DNA of 64,000 nt from a virus (Duplodnaviria > Caudoviricetes). The DNA lies in the IMG/VR virus record IMGVR_UViG_3300025723_000017, positions 1 to 64,000 of that record. One strand, written 5' to 3'. The position numbers were made by a program, and so were the translations under genes. Below are positions 29,022-38,456 of the stretch, one piece after another. A model generated the notes under the pieces. That model was given only the letters and a program-made list of their open reading frames with translations. It was not told the DNA's origin and made no database searches. Numbering within the stretch: position 1 is the first letter of the stretch; every line of letters starts with the position of its first letter.

Positions 29022-30011
29022 ATGGCTAGCTTACAAGAAATACGTGCTCGTTTAGCACAATCAGAAAACAAACAAGGCAATCAATCACAAGGCGATCAAT
29101 CAATTTATCCGCATTGGAACATTGAAGAAGGCGCAGAAGCAGTACTCCGTTTCGTCCCCGATGGTAATAAAAAGAACACATTCTTCTGGCAAGAACGTGC
29201 AATGATCCGCTTACCATTTGCTGGTATTAAAGGAGAAATGGAATCTAAACAAGTACAAGTCCGTGTTCCGTGCGTTGAAATGTGGGGAGATACATGCCCA
29301 ATTTTAAGCGAAGTACGTACATGGTTCAAAGATAAAGATCCTGTATTAGAAGCATTGGGTCGCAAATATTGGAAAAAACGCGATTACATTTTCCAAGGAT
29401 TTGTTCGTGATAATCCACTTACAACTGATAAAGCCCCAGAAAATCCAATTCGTCGTTTTATTATTGGCCCACAAATTTTCACATTAGTCAAAGGTGCATT
29501 AATGGATCCTGAGTTGGAAGAATTACCAACTGACTATTTACGCGGTTTAGACTTCCGTATCACTAAAGGTACCAAAGGTGGCTTTGCTGATTATAGCGGA
29601 TCTAAATGGGCACGTAAAGAGTCAGCACTTACTGAAAAAGAACAAGCTGCTATTGAACAATATGGATTGTTTGATCTTTCTTCTATTCTTCCTAAACGTC
29701 CATCTGAGGTTGAACTTAATGTTATGAAAGAAATGTTTGAAGCATCAGTTGATGGACAAAGCTATGATGCTGAGCGTTGGGGACAGTATTTCCGCCCAGC
29801 TGGTGTAAATGCTCCGACATCTTCAAATGCAGCATCTAATGCATCAGACGAAGATGCTCCATCTGCTAAGGCAGCTATATCAATTCCTGAATCAAACAAC
29901 TTCGAGGAAGACGATGTTCCAGTAGCATCAGCTCCGGTATCAACAACTCCTACTGCAACAGCAGGTGCACAAGATATCTTGGCTATGATTCGAGCACGTA
30001 AAAACGCCTAA
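29022..30011 (+). CDS. Single-stranded DNA-binding protein (gp32-like)
   Basis: LRFVPD, PC.EMWG..CPI, RKYWKKR.Y, G.DF.I.K, ADY..S.W; acidic tail. Confidence 0.9.
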   Translation: MASLQEIRARLAQSENKQGNQSQGDQSIYPHWNIEEGAEAVLRFVPDGNKKNTFFWQERAMIRLPFAGIKGEMESKQVQVRVPCVEMWGDTCPILSEVRTWFKDKDPVLEALGRKYWKKRDYIFQGFVRDNPLTTDKAPENPIRRFIIGPQIFTLVKGALMDPELEELPTDYLRGLDFRITKGTKGGFADYSGSKWARKESALTEKEQAAIEQYGLFDLSSILPKRPSEVELNVMKEMFEASVDGQSYDAERWGQYFRPAGVNAPTSSNAASNASDEDAPSAKAAISIPESNNFEEDDVPVASAPVSTTPTATAGAQDILAMIRARKNA

Positions 30012-30025
30012 AGCACTAGCCAAAT

Positions 30026-30055
30026 AATAACACAGGATTAATTTCCTGTGTTATT
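30026..30055 (+). terminator. Stem-loop / terminator
   Basis: AATAACACAGGA-ttaatt-TCCTGTGTTATT. Confidence 0.65.
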
Positions 30056-30084
30056 CATCTATACAAATAAAAAAAGGATTACAG

Positions 30085-31143
30085 ATGGCTAAACCATTTG
30101 ATGTATCAAAATTTAGAAAAGATCTTACAAAATCAATCGACGGAATGTCAGTTGGATTTAATGATCCTACCGATTGGATTTCAACCGGCAATTATGCACT
30201 AAACTATCTCATTAGTGGAGATTTTAATCGAGGCATTCCACTTGGCAAAGTAACAGTATTTGCAGGTGAATCTGGTGCAGGTAAAAGTTATATCTGTTCA
30301 GGAAATATTGTAAAAAATGCGCAAGAACAAGGAATTTTTGTTGTTCTTATTGATAGTGAAAATGCTCTGGACGAAAGTTGGATGCAGGCATTGGGTGTAG
30401 ATACAAGCCCAGATAAATTACTCAAATTGTCAATGGCTATGATTGACGACGTGGCCAAAACTATTTCTACATTTATGGTAGATTATAAAGCAATGCCTGA
30501 CGGCGAACGTCCTAAAGTACTATTCGTTATCGATTCATTGGGAATGTTACTTACTCCTACTGATATCAAACAATTCGATGACGGCGATTTAAAAGGCGAC
30601 ATGGGACGCAAGCCCAAAGCACTTACGGCATTAGTTCGCAATTGTGTTAATATGTTTGGCAGTTATAATGTTGGTATGGTATGTACTAATCACACTTATG
30701 CTTCGCAAGACATGTTTGACCCTGATGATAAAATTTCAGGTGGGCAAGGCTTTATCTATGCATCGAGTATTGTTGTTGCTATGAAAAAAATGAAGTTGAA
30801 AGAAGACGAAGATGGCAACAAAATTTCCGATGTTATGGGTATTCGTGCTGGTTGCAAAGTAATGAAAACTCGTTACGCGAAACCATTTGAAGGTATGCAA
30901 ATTAAGATTCCTTATGAAACTGGCATGAATCCTTATAGTGGCATGGTTGACTTAGCTGAAAAGCGTGGTTTACTAAAGAAAGAAGGCAATAGTTTAGTTT
31001 TCACAACCAGTGATGGTGAAGTTATTAAACAATTCCGCAAAAAGTGGGAAGCCAATGACGAAGGTTCTTTAGATAAAATCATGAAAGATTTTGAAAATCT
31101 AAAAGAAACAGTAAGTACTGATGACATACAGACGGAGGAATAA
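30085..31143 (+). CDS. uvsX: RecA-like recombinase UvsX
   Basis: ISTG...LN..ISG, AGESGAGKS, IDSENALD, VIDSLG, NHTY, SGG.G..YASS. Confidence 0.9.
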   Translation: MAKPFDVSKFRKDLTKSIDGMSVGFNDPTDWISTGNYALNYLISGDFNRGIPLGKVTVFAGESGAGKSYICSGNIVKNAQEQGIFVVLIDSENALDESWMQALGVDTSPDKLLKLSMAMIDDVAKTISTFMVDYKAMPDGERPKVLFVIDSLGMLLTPTDIKQFDDGDLKGDMGRKPKALTALVRNCVNMFGSYNVGMVCTNHTYASQDMFDPDDKISGGQGFIYASSIVVAMKKMKLKEDEDGNKISDVMGIRAGCKVMKTRYAKPFEGMQIKIPYETGMNPYSGMVDLAEKRGLLKKEGNSLVFTTSDGEVIKQFRKKWEANDEGSLDKIMKDFENLKETVSTDDIQTEE

Positions 31144-31145
31144 AA

Positions 31146-31403
31146 ATGTCAGTAGAATTAGCGAATGAAATTTATAATGAATTGAAACGTTTTGTGAATG
31201 CAGTAGATCGTGAAGAAGCCGCAGAAGTATTAGTATCAGTTTTAATTGATAACGATATTTCTGCAGACGATATTAAAATTGCATTCAAAGGCGAGAGTGA
31301 TGTCAAACGAGCTCTTACTAGCTATCTTAAAGATCATACAGACGACGATGAAGAAGACGACGATAGCATGTATGGGTGGGGCGATGATGACCACGAGGAT
31401 TAA
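31146..31403 (+). CDS. Small acidic hypothetical protein
   Basis: GGAGG RBS, D/E-rich tail. Confidence 0.7.
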   Translation: MSVELANEIYNELKRFVNAVDREEAAEVLVSVLIDNDISADDIKIAFKGESDVKRALTSYLKDHTDDDEEDDDSMYGWGDDDHED

Positions 31404-31405
31404 TC

Positions 31406-31858
31406 ATGTGGTATAGTCGAGTAACAGCTGACTTAGGTGCAATACCAGATTTTATTGCATACTATGAGGCTGAACTTGAAAATGCTAAAAAAGAATGTCG
31501 GGTGGGGGGTATTATTGAAAAAAATATTACTAACTTACCTGGCATTACTGAGCATAGATTTAATCAATTGCAGGAAATCGAAGCTGTACTAAATTATCTC
31601 AATATTCAAATACGTAAAATACGACGAAAACATTTTCAAAAATACTTAGAAGGGTATGCTCGTGCATTATCCAGTCGAGATGCAGAAAAATATGTTGATG
31701 GCGAAGATGAAGTAATTGATTTTGAAACATTGATAAATGAGGTGGCTTTACTACGTAATCGCTACTTGGGAATTATGAAAGGAATGGAGTCTAAGAATTT
31801 TATGCTAGGGCATATAGTAAGACTTCGTACTGCTGGAATGGAAGACGTACAGGTATAA
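31406..31858 (+). CDS. uvsY: Recombination mediator UvsY-like
   Basis: Helical 150 aa near uvsX; 'KYLE.Y..AL..RDAEKYVDG', C-terminal 'IVRLR.AG'. Confidence 0.7.
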   Translation: MWYSRVTADLGAIPDFIAYYEAELENAKKECRVGGIIEKNITNLPGITEHRFNQLQEIEAVLNYLNIQIRKIRRKHFQKYLEGYARALSSRDAEKYVDGEDEVIDFETLINEVALLRNRYLGIMKGMESKNFMLGHIVRLRTAGMEDVQV

Positions 31859-31859
31859 C

Positions 31860-32612
31860 ATGTTTAAAAACGACGATGAATCACATCAACATAGTTTAGA
31901 AACCCTTAATCAGTTATATAATTATTCTGATTTTATGGAATCTATTAAAACCATGGCTGATATAGGATGCGGATCAGGTAAAGATTTAGAATGGTGGGCA
32001 ACAAGAACCACTAATGATGAGTACTCTACCCCACTTAATATTGAATGCCAAGGGATAGATATACTTGATAAATTACCTGTTGCAATGTCTTACCCTAACA
32101 TTACCTATCAAAAAACTGATTTTGAAGGTACAATTTATACATCTAAAGATAAATTCGATGTATTATGGTGTCATGATGCTTTTCAATATGCAGTCAACCC
32201 ACTACAAACTTTAATAAATTGGAGAGATATTACTACCGACGGCGCAATGTTAGCACTTGCACTGCCGCAGACTACCAATTATTATCGAAAAGAATTAGAC
32301 TTTACATTAAGTAACGGATGTTATTATCATCATACTATTGTAAGTCTTATTCATATGTTAGCTGTTGCTGGATGGGATTGCAAAGCGGGATTTTTTAAAA
32401 AAAGTATATCTGATAATTGGTTGCACGCCATTGTATATAAAAGCAATCAAGGTCCATTTGATCCAAAAACAACAACTTGGTATGATTTAGTAGATGCTAA
32501 ACTATTACCTGAATGGGCTGACCGTTCAATTTTATCCAGGGGAATATTGCATCAAAAGGATTTAGTTCTTCCGTGGTTAGACAAAGGATTGTATAGAATG
32601 GCATCTCAGTAA
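31860..32612 (+). CDS. Class I SAM-dependent methyltransferase
   Basis: ADIGCGSG motif I; FDVLWCHD. Confidence 0.8.
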   Translation: MFKNDDESHQHSLETLNQLYNYSDFMESIKTMADIGCGSGKDLEWWATRTTNDEYSTPLNIECQGIDILDKLPVAMSYPNITYQKTDFEGTIYTSKDKFDVLWCHDAFQYAVNPLQTLINWRDITTDGAMLALALPQTTNYYRKELDFTLSNGCYYHHTIVSLIHMLAVAGWDCKAGFFKKSISDNWLHAIVYKSNQGPFDPKTTTWYDLVDAKLLPEWADRSILSRGILHQKDLVLPWLDKGLYRMASQ

Positions 32613-32620
32613 TATTTCTT

Positions 32621-32645
32621 AGCCCTATTAGTAGGGCTTTTTGTT
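32621..32645 (+). terminator. Intrinsic terminator
   Basis: AGCCCTA-ttag-TAGGGCT followed by a T run. Confidence 0.75.
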
Positions 32646-32672
32646 GACATTTAATTCAAATGCAAGTATAAT
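32644..32672 (+). promoter_or_regulatory. Consensus sigma70 early promoter
   Basis: TTGACA-17-TATAAT, perfect consensus. Confidence 0.9.
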
Positions 32673-32700
32673 TTGAACATATTAAACAAATGGAGTTAGA

Positions 32701-32877
32701 ATGAATACTAATGATATAGTTTATGTCACTTATACTGCCTATGAAAAAGGCAGTCCTAATGTTGTCAGTGAAGGTGTAATCCCATTGCATGGATGTACAA
32801 CTTGGCAAGCCGAGCAAACGGTCAAAGCAATGTTTAGCACATTGGATGTTAGCATTCGTTCTTCGTCTAGAGTTTAA
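32701..32877 (+). CDS. Small early protein, 58 aa (absent from ORF track)
   Basis: MNTNDIVYVTYTAYEKGSPNVVSEGVIPLHGCTTWQAEQTVKAMFSTLDVSIRSSSRV; GGAG RBS and consensus promoter. Confidence 0.7.
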   Translation: MNTNDIVYVTYTAYEKGSPNVVSEGVIPLHGCTTWQAEQTVKAMFSTLDVSIRSSSRV

Positions 32878-32891
32878 ATTTAATATTTCGA

Positions 32892-32920
32892 TTGATTAAA
32901 AAATATTTTGAAATTATAAT
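32892..32920 (+). promoter_or_regulatory. Sigma70-type promoter
   Basis: TTGATT-17-TATAAT. Confidence 0.7.
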
Positions 32921-32950
32921 ATTACTTTACAAATAGTTAGGAGCTATAGT

Positions 32951-33961
32951 ATGTCGAGTGTACTAATCAAAAAAGGTATTTATCGTGGTATGTCTATTGA
33001 AAATCAAACTCTACCTTTAGTTAGAGGATATACTGCTGGAGCAAAAAATAATTATATTACTGTTAACAGTAATGGATTGTTTGGCAATGCGTTTGATATT
33101 GTCCGTGTCAAAGTTGACAGTACAGATGACTTTGTCATCATTCCCACAGAATCAGAATTAATTTCAACTACCTCATCTATTGCAGTTGAATCTGATGATG
33201 AGATTATGGATCGAATTGAACAGAGATTTGAAATCCTACAACAAATGACTCGAGCAATCATTTCAGGTGATGTACGTGCAATGATTGTAACTGGCCCGCC
33301 TGGTGTGGGTAAAAGTTATGGTGTAGAATATGAATTAGAAAAATATGGTTTATTTGAACATATTTCTAGACGAAAAATTAAGTATGAAGTTATCAAAGGT
33401 GCCATGTCTCCCATTGGATTGTATTGTACTTTGTATAAAAATTCTGATCCAAATAATGTATTGGTATTCGATGATTGCGATAGTGTATTCCAGGACGAAT
33501 TGGCGTTGAACATTCTCAAAGCTGCATTAGATTCAGGCAAAAAACGTAGAATTCATTGGAATTCAGATTCATCTATGCTACGTCGAGAAGGTGTGCCAGA
33601 CTGTTTTGATTTTAAAGGTGGTGCTATTTTTATCACTAACTTAAAATTTGATCACTTAAAATCTAAACGTATGCAGGATCACTTGGAAGCATTACAATCA
33701 CGCTGTCACTTTTTGGATTTGACACTGGATACAATGCGTGATAAATTTTTACGCATCAAACAGATTTTTCGCCAAGGGCAATTATTCAATGATTATGAAC
33801 TTACTAAAGAAACTGGTGAAGAGATCTTGGCATTTATGGATGCTAACAAGAATCAGTTACGTGAAATGAGTTTGCGTATGGCTTTGAAATTAGCCGACTT
33901 AACCAAAGTATCTGAAACAAACTGGAAAGCATTAGCAGTTTCAACTTGTATGAAAATTTAG
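32951..33961 (+). CDS. AAA+/P-loop ATPase
   Basis: GPPGVGKS Walker A, LVFDDCD Walker B, IFITN sensor 1, ALQSRC arginine finger. Confidence 0.85.
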   Translation: MSSVLIKKGIYRGMSIENQTLPLVRGYTAGAKNNYITVNSNGLFGNAFDIVRVKVDSTDDFVIIPTESELISTTSSIAVESDDEIMDRIEQRFEILQQMTRAIISGDVRAMIVTGPPGVGKSYGVEYELEKYGLFEHISRRKIKYEVIKGAMSPIGLYCTLYKNSDPNNVLVFDDCDSVFQDELALNILKAALDSGKKRRIHWNSDSSMLRREGVPDCFDFKGGAIFITNLKFDHLKSKRMQDHLEALQSRCHFLDLTLDTMRDKFLRIKQIFRQGQLFNDYELTKETGEEILAFMDANKNQLREMSLRMALKLADLTKVSETNWKALAVSTCMKI

Positions 33962-33969
33962 TCATGTTT

Positions 33970-34060
33970 TATAAATATTGCTAAGTATTTGTATAGCTCC
34001 TGCATCGTCCTAACTACGATGCATTTTACCAGGCACCTGTAAAATGGTGCCTGTTTTTTT
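33970..34060 (+). ncRNA. Candidate structured regulatory RNA (3' UTR or late sRNA) ending in an intrinsic terminator
   Basis: TATAAATA at 33970-33977; hairpin TGCATCGT-cctaact-ACGATGCA; terminator CAGGCACC..GGTGCCTG-T7; complementary to 32928-32948. Confidence 0.5.
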
Positions 34061-34094
34061 GACTTTGCAGAGTCAAATATGTTACTATATCTGT

Positions 34095-35555
34095 ATGAAA
34101 ACTGCAACAATAATAATTAAAGATGAAGTAAATATTAAAATTGAAGGACTTGATCTTGACGCACGCAAGAAATTAGTTAGTACATTTAAATATGATGTAC
34201 CAGGTGCTAGGTATCAACCATCAGTTAGATTAGGGCGTTGGGATGGCAAAGTTGCTTATTTTCAACTAGGCGGAAGCACATATACTAACTTGCTACCAGA
34301 AATCGTGCCTATACTAGAAAATTTTAATTATGATTTTTTGATTGATGATCAACGAGAATATCAAACAAATTTCACATTCGAGCGTGTAACTGAAGATACA
34401 TTTGCACATATTAACTGGGCAGATGGTCATCCGATGGCAGGGCAACCAATTAAATTGCGTGACTATCAAGTTGAAATTGTCAACAATTTTTTAGAAAATC
34501 CTCAGGCTATTCAGGAAATTGCCACTGGTGCAGGTAAAACTATTATGACAGCGGCATTAAGCCAACGTTGCGAAGCACACGGCCGTACTGTTGTAATTGT
34601 ACCCAATAAATCACTCGTTACACAAACAGAAAAAGACTATCGAGGCTTGGGATTAGATGTTGGTGTTTACTTTGGTGATAGGAAAGACATAGGAAAAACC
34701 CATACAATATGTACTTGGCAAAGTCTAAATATACTATTAAAAAATACAAAAAATCACGAAGCAGACATAACAATACATGAATTTTTAGAGAATGTAGTAT
34801 GTATAATGGTTGACGAGGTACACATGGCCAAGGCCGATGCTCTTAAGACATTATTAACTGGAGTGATGAGTCGTATCCCAATTCGTTGGGGACTGACTGG
34901 CACAGTACCTAAAGAAGCATTTGAATTTCAAGCACTAAAATGTAGTTTGGGTGCAGTCATTAATCAATTATCTGCTAGTGAATTGCAAGACAGAGGTGTA
35001 TTGGCACAATGTCATGTAAATATAGTACAGCTGGTCGACCACGCAGAATTTGCAAATTATCAAAGCGAATTAAAATTTTTATTAGAAGATAGTAAACGTT
35101 TAGAAACAATATCCAAATTGGTTGCTAATGTAAACCAAACAGGAAATACATTAGTATTAGTGGATCGTGTTGCAGCAGGGCACGCATTAGTAGCTCTGTT
35201 AGGTGATCGTGCTGTATTTGTATCAGGTGCAACAAAAGGAACAAAACGCGATGAAGAATATGCAGAAGTTGCAATCAGTGATGATAAGATTATTGTGGCT
35301 ACCTATGGTGTTGCCGCTGTGGGTATTAATATCCCTAGGATTTTTAATTTGGTTCTTGTTGAACCCGGAAAGAGCTTTGTCCGCGTTATTCAAAGCATTG
35401 GGCGTGGCATAAGAAAAGCTGAAGATAAAGATCATGTACAAATTTGGGATATCACCAGTACTTGTAAGTTTGCTAAAAGACATTTAACTAAGAGAAAAGT
35501 TTTCTATCGCGACGCCAATTATCCGTTTACACAAGAGAAGTTGGAATGGAAATAA
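34095..35555 (+). CDS. uvsW: SF2 DNA helicase UvsW-like
   Basis: LRDYQ, ATGAGKT, DEVH, GLTGT, VGINIP, QSIGRGIR; start MKTATI follows a sigma70-like promoter at 34059-34088. Confidence 0.9.
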   Translation: MKTATIIIKDEVNIKIEGLDLDARKKLVSTFKYDVPGARYQPSVRLGRWDGKVAYFQLGGSTYTNLLPEIVPILENFNYDFLIDDQREYQTNFTFERVTEDTFAHINWADGHPMAGQPIKLRDYQVEIVNNFLENPQAIQEIATGAGKTIMTAALSQRCEAHGRTVVIVPNKSLVTQTEKDYRGLGLDVGVYFGDRKDIGKTHTICTWQSLNILLKNTKNHEADITIHEFLENVVCIMVDEVHMAKADALKTLLTGVMSRIPIRWGLTGTVPKEAFEFQALKCSLGAVINQLSASELQDRGVLAQCHVNIVQLVDHAEFANYQSELKFLLEDSKRLETISKLVANVNQTGNTLVLVDRVAAGHALVALLGDRAVFVSGATKGTKRDEEYAEVAISDDKIIVATYGVAAVGINIPRIFNLVLVEPGKSFVRVIQSIGRGIRKAEDKDHVQIWDITSTCKFAKRHLTKRKVFYRDANYPFTQEKLEWK

Positions 35556-35560
35556 AGTGG

Positions 35561-35589
35561 TTGCTATACGTCGACATATACTTTATAAT
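35561..35589 (+). promoter_or_regulatory. Sigma70-type promoter
   Basis: TTGCTA-17-TATAAT. Confidence 0.65.
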
Positions 35590-35610
35590 ATCACTACACG
35601 GAGAAATAAA

Positions 35611-36111
35611 ATTAGAATTTTAACACTTGACAATGAACCTTATGACTTAGATCATTTACCTGACGAAATAGATGATATGCGATTTAGTATTTTAGACAAT
35701 TCTAATCCGCAAGACCCTGACTATCACTACATACCATTAATATTTTTGGAAAGTTTTAATAGTCCTGCGTTAGTTTTACAAATAGGCAAATATAAAATTC
35801 GAATGCCAGTTGATTGGCAATTGCTTATTGGTGATCCGGATGCTGGAGACTTAGAAGTTATACCGTTATCAGCTCTTAACGATAGAGGTTTCAAAGCGTT
35901 TCAATTTAATCCCTTGTCTAGTTTTAGACCAAGTTTTTTGGACGTTGAAATTTTAGATGTATATCAGGATGTAGCATGGTACGCTCCAAAACTTAAAAAT
36001 GGACAGTTATTGTGTATTCCATTAGGGGAAGGTAGTAAACCTGAGTGCGTATATTTTGTTAAAGATATTAGTCGCACTTGTGAAATAGTTAATTACAGCA
36101 AGTCCTTTTAA
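35611..36111 (+). CDS. Hypothetical protein, probable ATT start
   Basis: GGAGA RBS lies 6 nt before the in-frame ATT; the ORF-finder GTG at 35557 is upstream of the promoter. Confidence 0.65.
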   Translation: MRILTLDNEPYDLDHLPDEIDDMRFSILDNSNPQDPDYHYIPLIFLESFNSPALVLQIGKYKIRMPVDWQLLIGDPDAGDLEVIPLSALNDRGFKAFQFNPLSSFRPSFLDVEILDVYQDVAWYAPKLKNGQLLCIPLGEGSKPECVYFVKDISRTCEIVNYSKSF

Positions 36112-36112
36112 T

Positions 36113-36331
36113 ATGGCAAATATTTTCGAACAATATAATCCAGATGAAGAACCCATTAAACCTAATCGCATAGCCGTTAAAGAAAAAATGGTTATTGATT
36201 TAGAAAGCATGGTTAGAAATCTTCAAGCTGCAAATGAAAAAAATGTAAGAATTATTAATAAAATGGAACGCGACATTGTACGTCTCAAAGATCAAATTAG
36301 CCAATTAGCAGGTGCAATTAAACGTGGATAA
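36113..36331 (+). CDS. Small coiled-coil hypothetical protein
   Basis: 72 aa, heptad pattern. Confidence 0.65.
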   Translation: MANIFEQYNPDEEPIKPNRIAVKEKMVIDLESMVRNLQAANEKNVRIINKMERDIVRLKDQISQLAGAIKRG

Positions 36332-36764
36332 ACTTAGTATTGCAAATGAAATGGCATGTTTTGATCGTAAAGATCGTAAATTTTACGATAATCTTACTGA
36401 TGAAGAGCGTAAAAAATTTAGCAATTATCTAATGATTCGCTGGGGTAGTAGTGTGCAAGGAAGTTCTGAATTACAAGAATATTATCTAATTGCCACTAAT
36501 GAAAGATTGAATAAACATTTCTTTGACATTAATAAGCATCCTAAGTTACAATGGTTATGTTCTACTACAGTAAGTCCTGATATGGGAACGTATCGACACA
36601 ATTGGATTTCTAATAAGAAAAAGGATATTGCATCTGGTGGCATTACAAAACAATTAATTGAACTATTTCCCAATTTAAAAAATGACGAAATTGAACTAAT
36701 GGCTAAAATTAATACTAAGAAAGACATTGATAATTATTTAAAAGAATTGGGTCGTGACAAGTGA
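36324..36764 (+). CDS. Putative clamp-loader small subunit (gp62-like)
   Basis: 'YLMIRWGS', 'NE..N..F...KHPKLQW', 'H.WI' pattern and size; GTG start. Confidence 0.45.
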   Translation: MDKLSIANEMACFDRKDRKFYDNLTDEERKKFSNYLMIRWGSSVQGSSELQEYYLIATNERLNKHFFDINKHPKLQWLCSTTVSPDMGTYRHNWISNKKKDIASGGITKQLIELFPNLKNDEIELMAKINTKKDIDNYLKELGRDK

Positions 36765-37435
36765 GTTATATCTGTCAATATTGTAAAAAAAACTTTGTAA
36801 AAGAATCTAGTTTGACTGTGCATTCTTGTGAACCAAGACGCAGGCGACAGGAAAAAGATGAAATAGGAGTACGATTAGGTTTCCATGCATACTTGAAATT
36901 TTATGAATTGACACAAGGATCATCTAAATTAAAGACATATGATAATTTTTGTGAAAGCCCTTACTATAAAGCATTTGTAAAATTTGGTAGATATTGCGCA
37001 AACACTCGTGTTATTAATCCAGCTCGATTCACAGAATGGATATTAAAACAAAACAAAAAATTAGACTATTGGTGCAGTGATAAGTTATACGAAGAATATC
37101 TTTTATTTTATCTCAAAGTTGAAACAATGGAAGATGCACTGACTAGGGCCATTGAACATGCAATAACTTGGGGAGAAGAAAAGGATTCTCCGCCTAACGG
37201 ATATTTGCGCTATGGTAATCATAATGCTATTGCACAAGCTATATTAACGGGCAAAATCAGTCCGTGGGTATTATATAATTGTGAATCTGGACAAAAATTT
37301 TTAGCACAGTTAAATACTGAACATCAATCTATGATATGGCCATATATTGATCCTGATGTATGGAATAAAAAATTGAAAGAAGATCCAGCCAATCGTGCAG
37401 CAGCACAAGAATTACTTAAGAGAGCCGGCTGGTAA
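36761..37435 (+). CDS. Hypothetical protein with N-terminal Zn finger
   Basis: CQYCKKNF...L.VHSC. Confidence 0.7.
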   Translation: MSYICQYCKKNFVKESSLTVHSCEPRRRRQEKDEIGVRLGFHAYLKFYELTQGSSKLKTYDNFCESPYYKAFVKFGRYCANTRVINPARFTEWILKQNKKLDYWCSDKLYEEYLLFYLKVETMEDALTRAIEHAITWGEEKDSPPNGYLRYGNHNAIAQAILTGKISPWVLYNCESGQKFLAQLNTEHQSMIWPYIDPDVWNKKLKEDPANRAAAQELLKRAGW

Positions 37436-38034
37436 TGAGCGCAGATGTTGATTTAGATTTAGCTGATAGAGAACAAGTTCTAAAACTTATTAGAGCAATT
37501 CCGGCGTGTCAACTTAATCAAGGACAAGTTAGAAGACATAATTCAGGCATTTATGTAACTGACATTCCTTATGATCCATTGAATCAATGTGCAGCAATAG
37601 ACTACGAAACTGCCGAAAAACGCGGATATTTTAAGATAGATTTATTGAATATGTCGGTATATCAACTTATAAAATCTCAACAACACTATGATGAGTTATT
37701 GGGTAAGGAACCTGATTGGCAACGTCTTTGGACTGATGTTCAATGGGCTAAACAAATTGTTCATATAGGTAACTATACTGATTTATTGGCAAAGATGAAG
37801 CCGGATTCCATCACACGTATGGCAGCATTTATAGCTATTATACGTCCAGGTAAAGCACATTTGCAAAATCGACCATGGAAGGAAGTTTTTGATTCAGTAT
37901 GGGATGGTGATGCTAGTCTTGGGTTTGTGTTCAAACATTCGCATTCGATTTCCTATGCGGCACTTGTTGCGCTACATATGAATCTCTTAGACGAAAAAAC
38001 AGTTACTAGTCCGGCATCCGGCGTACAAGAGTAA
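37435..38034 (+). CDS. Miniature DNA polymerase III alpha (DnaE)-like protein
   Basis: ADVDLD, HNSGIYV, GYFKIDLLN, AIIRPG, FKHSHSISYA correspond in order to family C polymerase core motifs. Confidence 0.75.
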   Translation: MSADVDLDLADREQVLKLIRAIPACQLNQGQVRRHNSGIYVTDIPYDPLNQCAAIDYETAEKRGYFKIDLLNMSVYQLIKSQQHYDELLGKEPDWQRLWTDVQWAKQIVHIGNYTDLLAKMKPDSITRMAAFIAIIRPGKAHLQNRPWKEVFDSVWDGDASLGFVFKHSHSISYAALVALHMNLLDEKTVTSPASGVQE

Positions 38035-38386
38035 TGGATTTTCTTTTGGATTTCTTACGGGCTATTTCAGCTAAACTACATGCTGGTCCATGTATTATTT
38101 CTAAATCTTTATTGGCAAACGTTCTAGTATAACCTCTAAATGGTTCCCATTCCTGTTTAAGAAATATGTTAATGGGAATGCTTCTATTGCTTTCCCACCA
38201 CCAAACATTAGCTAATTCTAAAAATAATTTTTTAGCTTCTATATTGACTATGCTGCCAAAATCGTACATGGTGGTGATAGCATCATCGCGGTTCTGAATT
38301 ATCCCTACATATTCTTGGGAAGCATACACACACAGCGTTATAAACGGATATTTTTCGCTTAATTGATTAAAAATTTCTTTATTCAT
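38006..38386 (-). CDS. Hypothetical protein
   Basis: Likely start MNKEIF; 'WWWESNR.IPINIF' motif. Confidence 0.7.
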   Translation of the reverse strand: MNKEIFNQLSEKYPFITLCVYASQEYVGIIQNRDDAITTMYDFGSIVNIEAKKLFLELANVWWWESNRSIPINIFLKQEWEPFRGYTRTFANKDLEIIHGPACSLAEIARKKSKRKSITLVRRMPD

Positions 38387-38456
38387 TGAATGGCAGTTAT
38401 CATATAGCAATATTTATGTTCCAAAAATAAGTTGTAAAATATCACTAAATACTGGT

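Noticed and set aside
33961-34060. tRNA or tRNA-like gene
   Set aside because: No cloverleaf, T-loop GTTC motif or acceptor stem; only serial hairpins.
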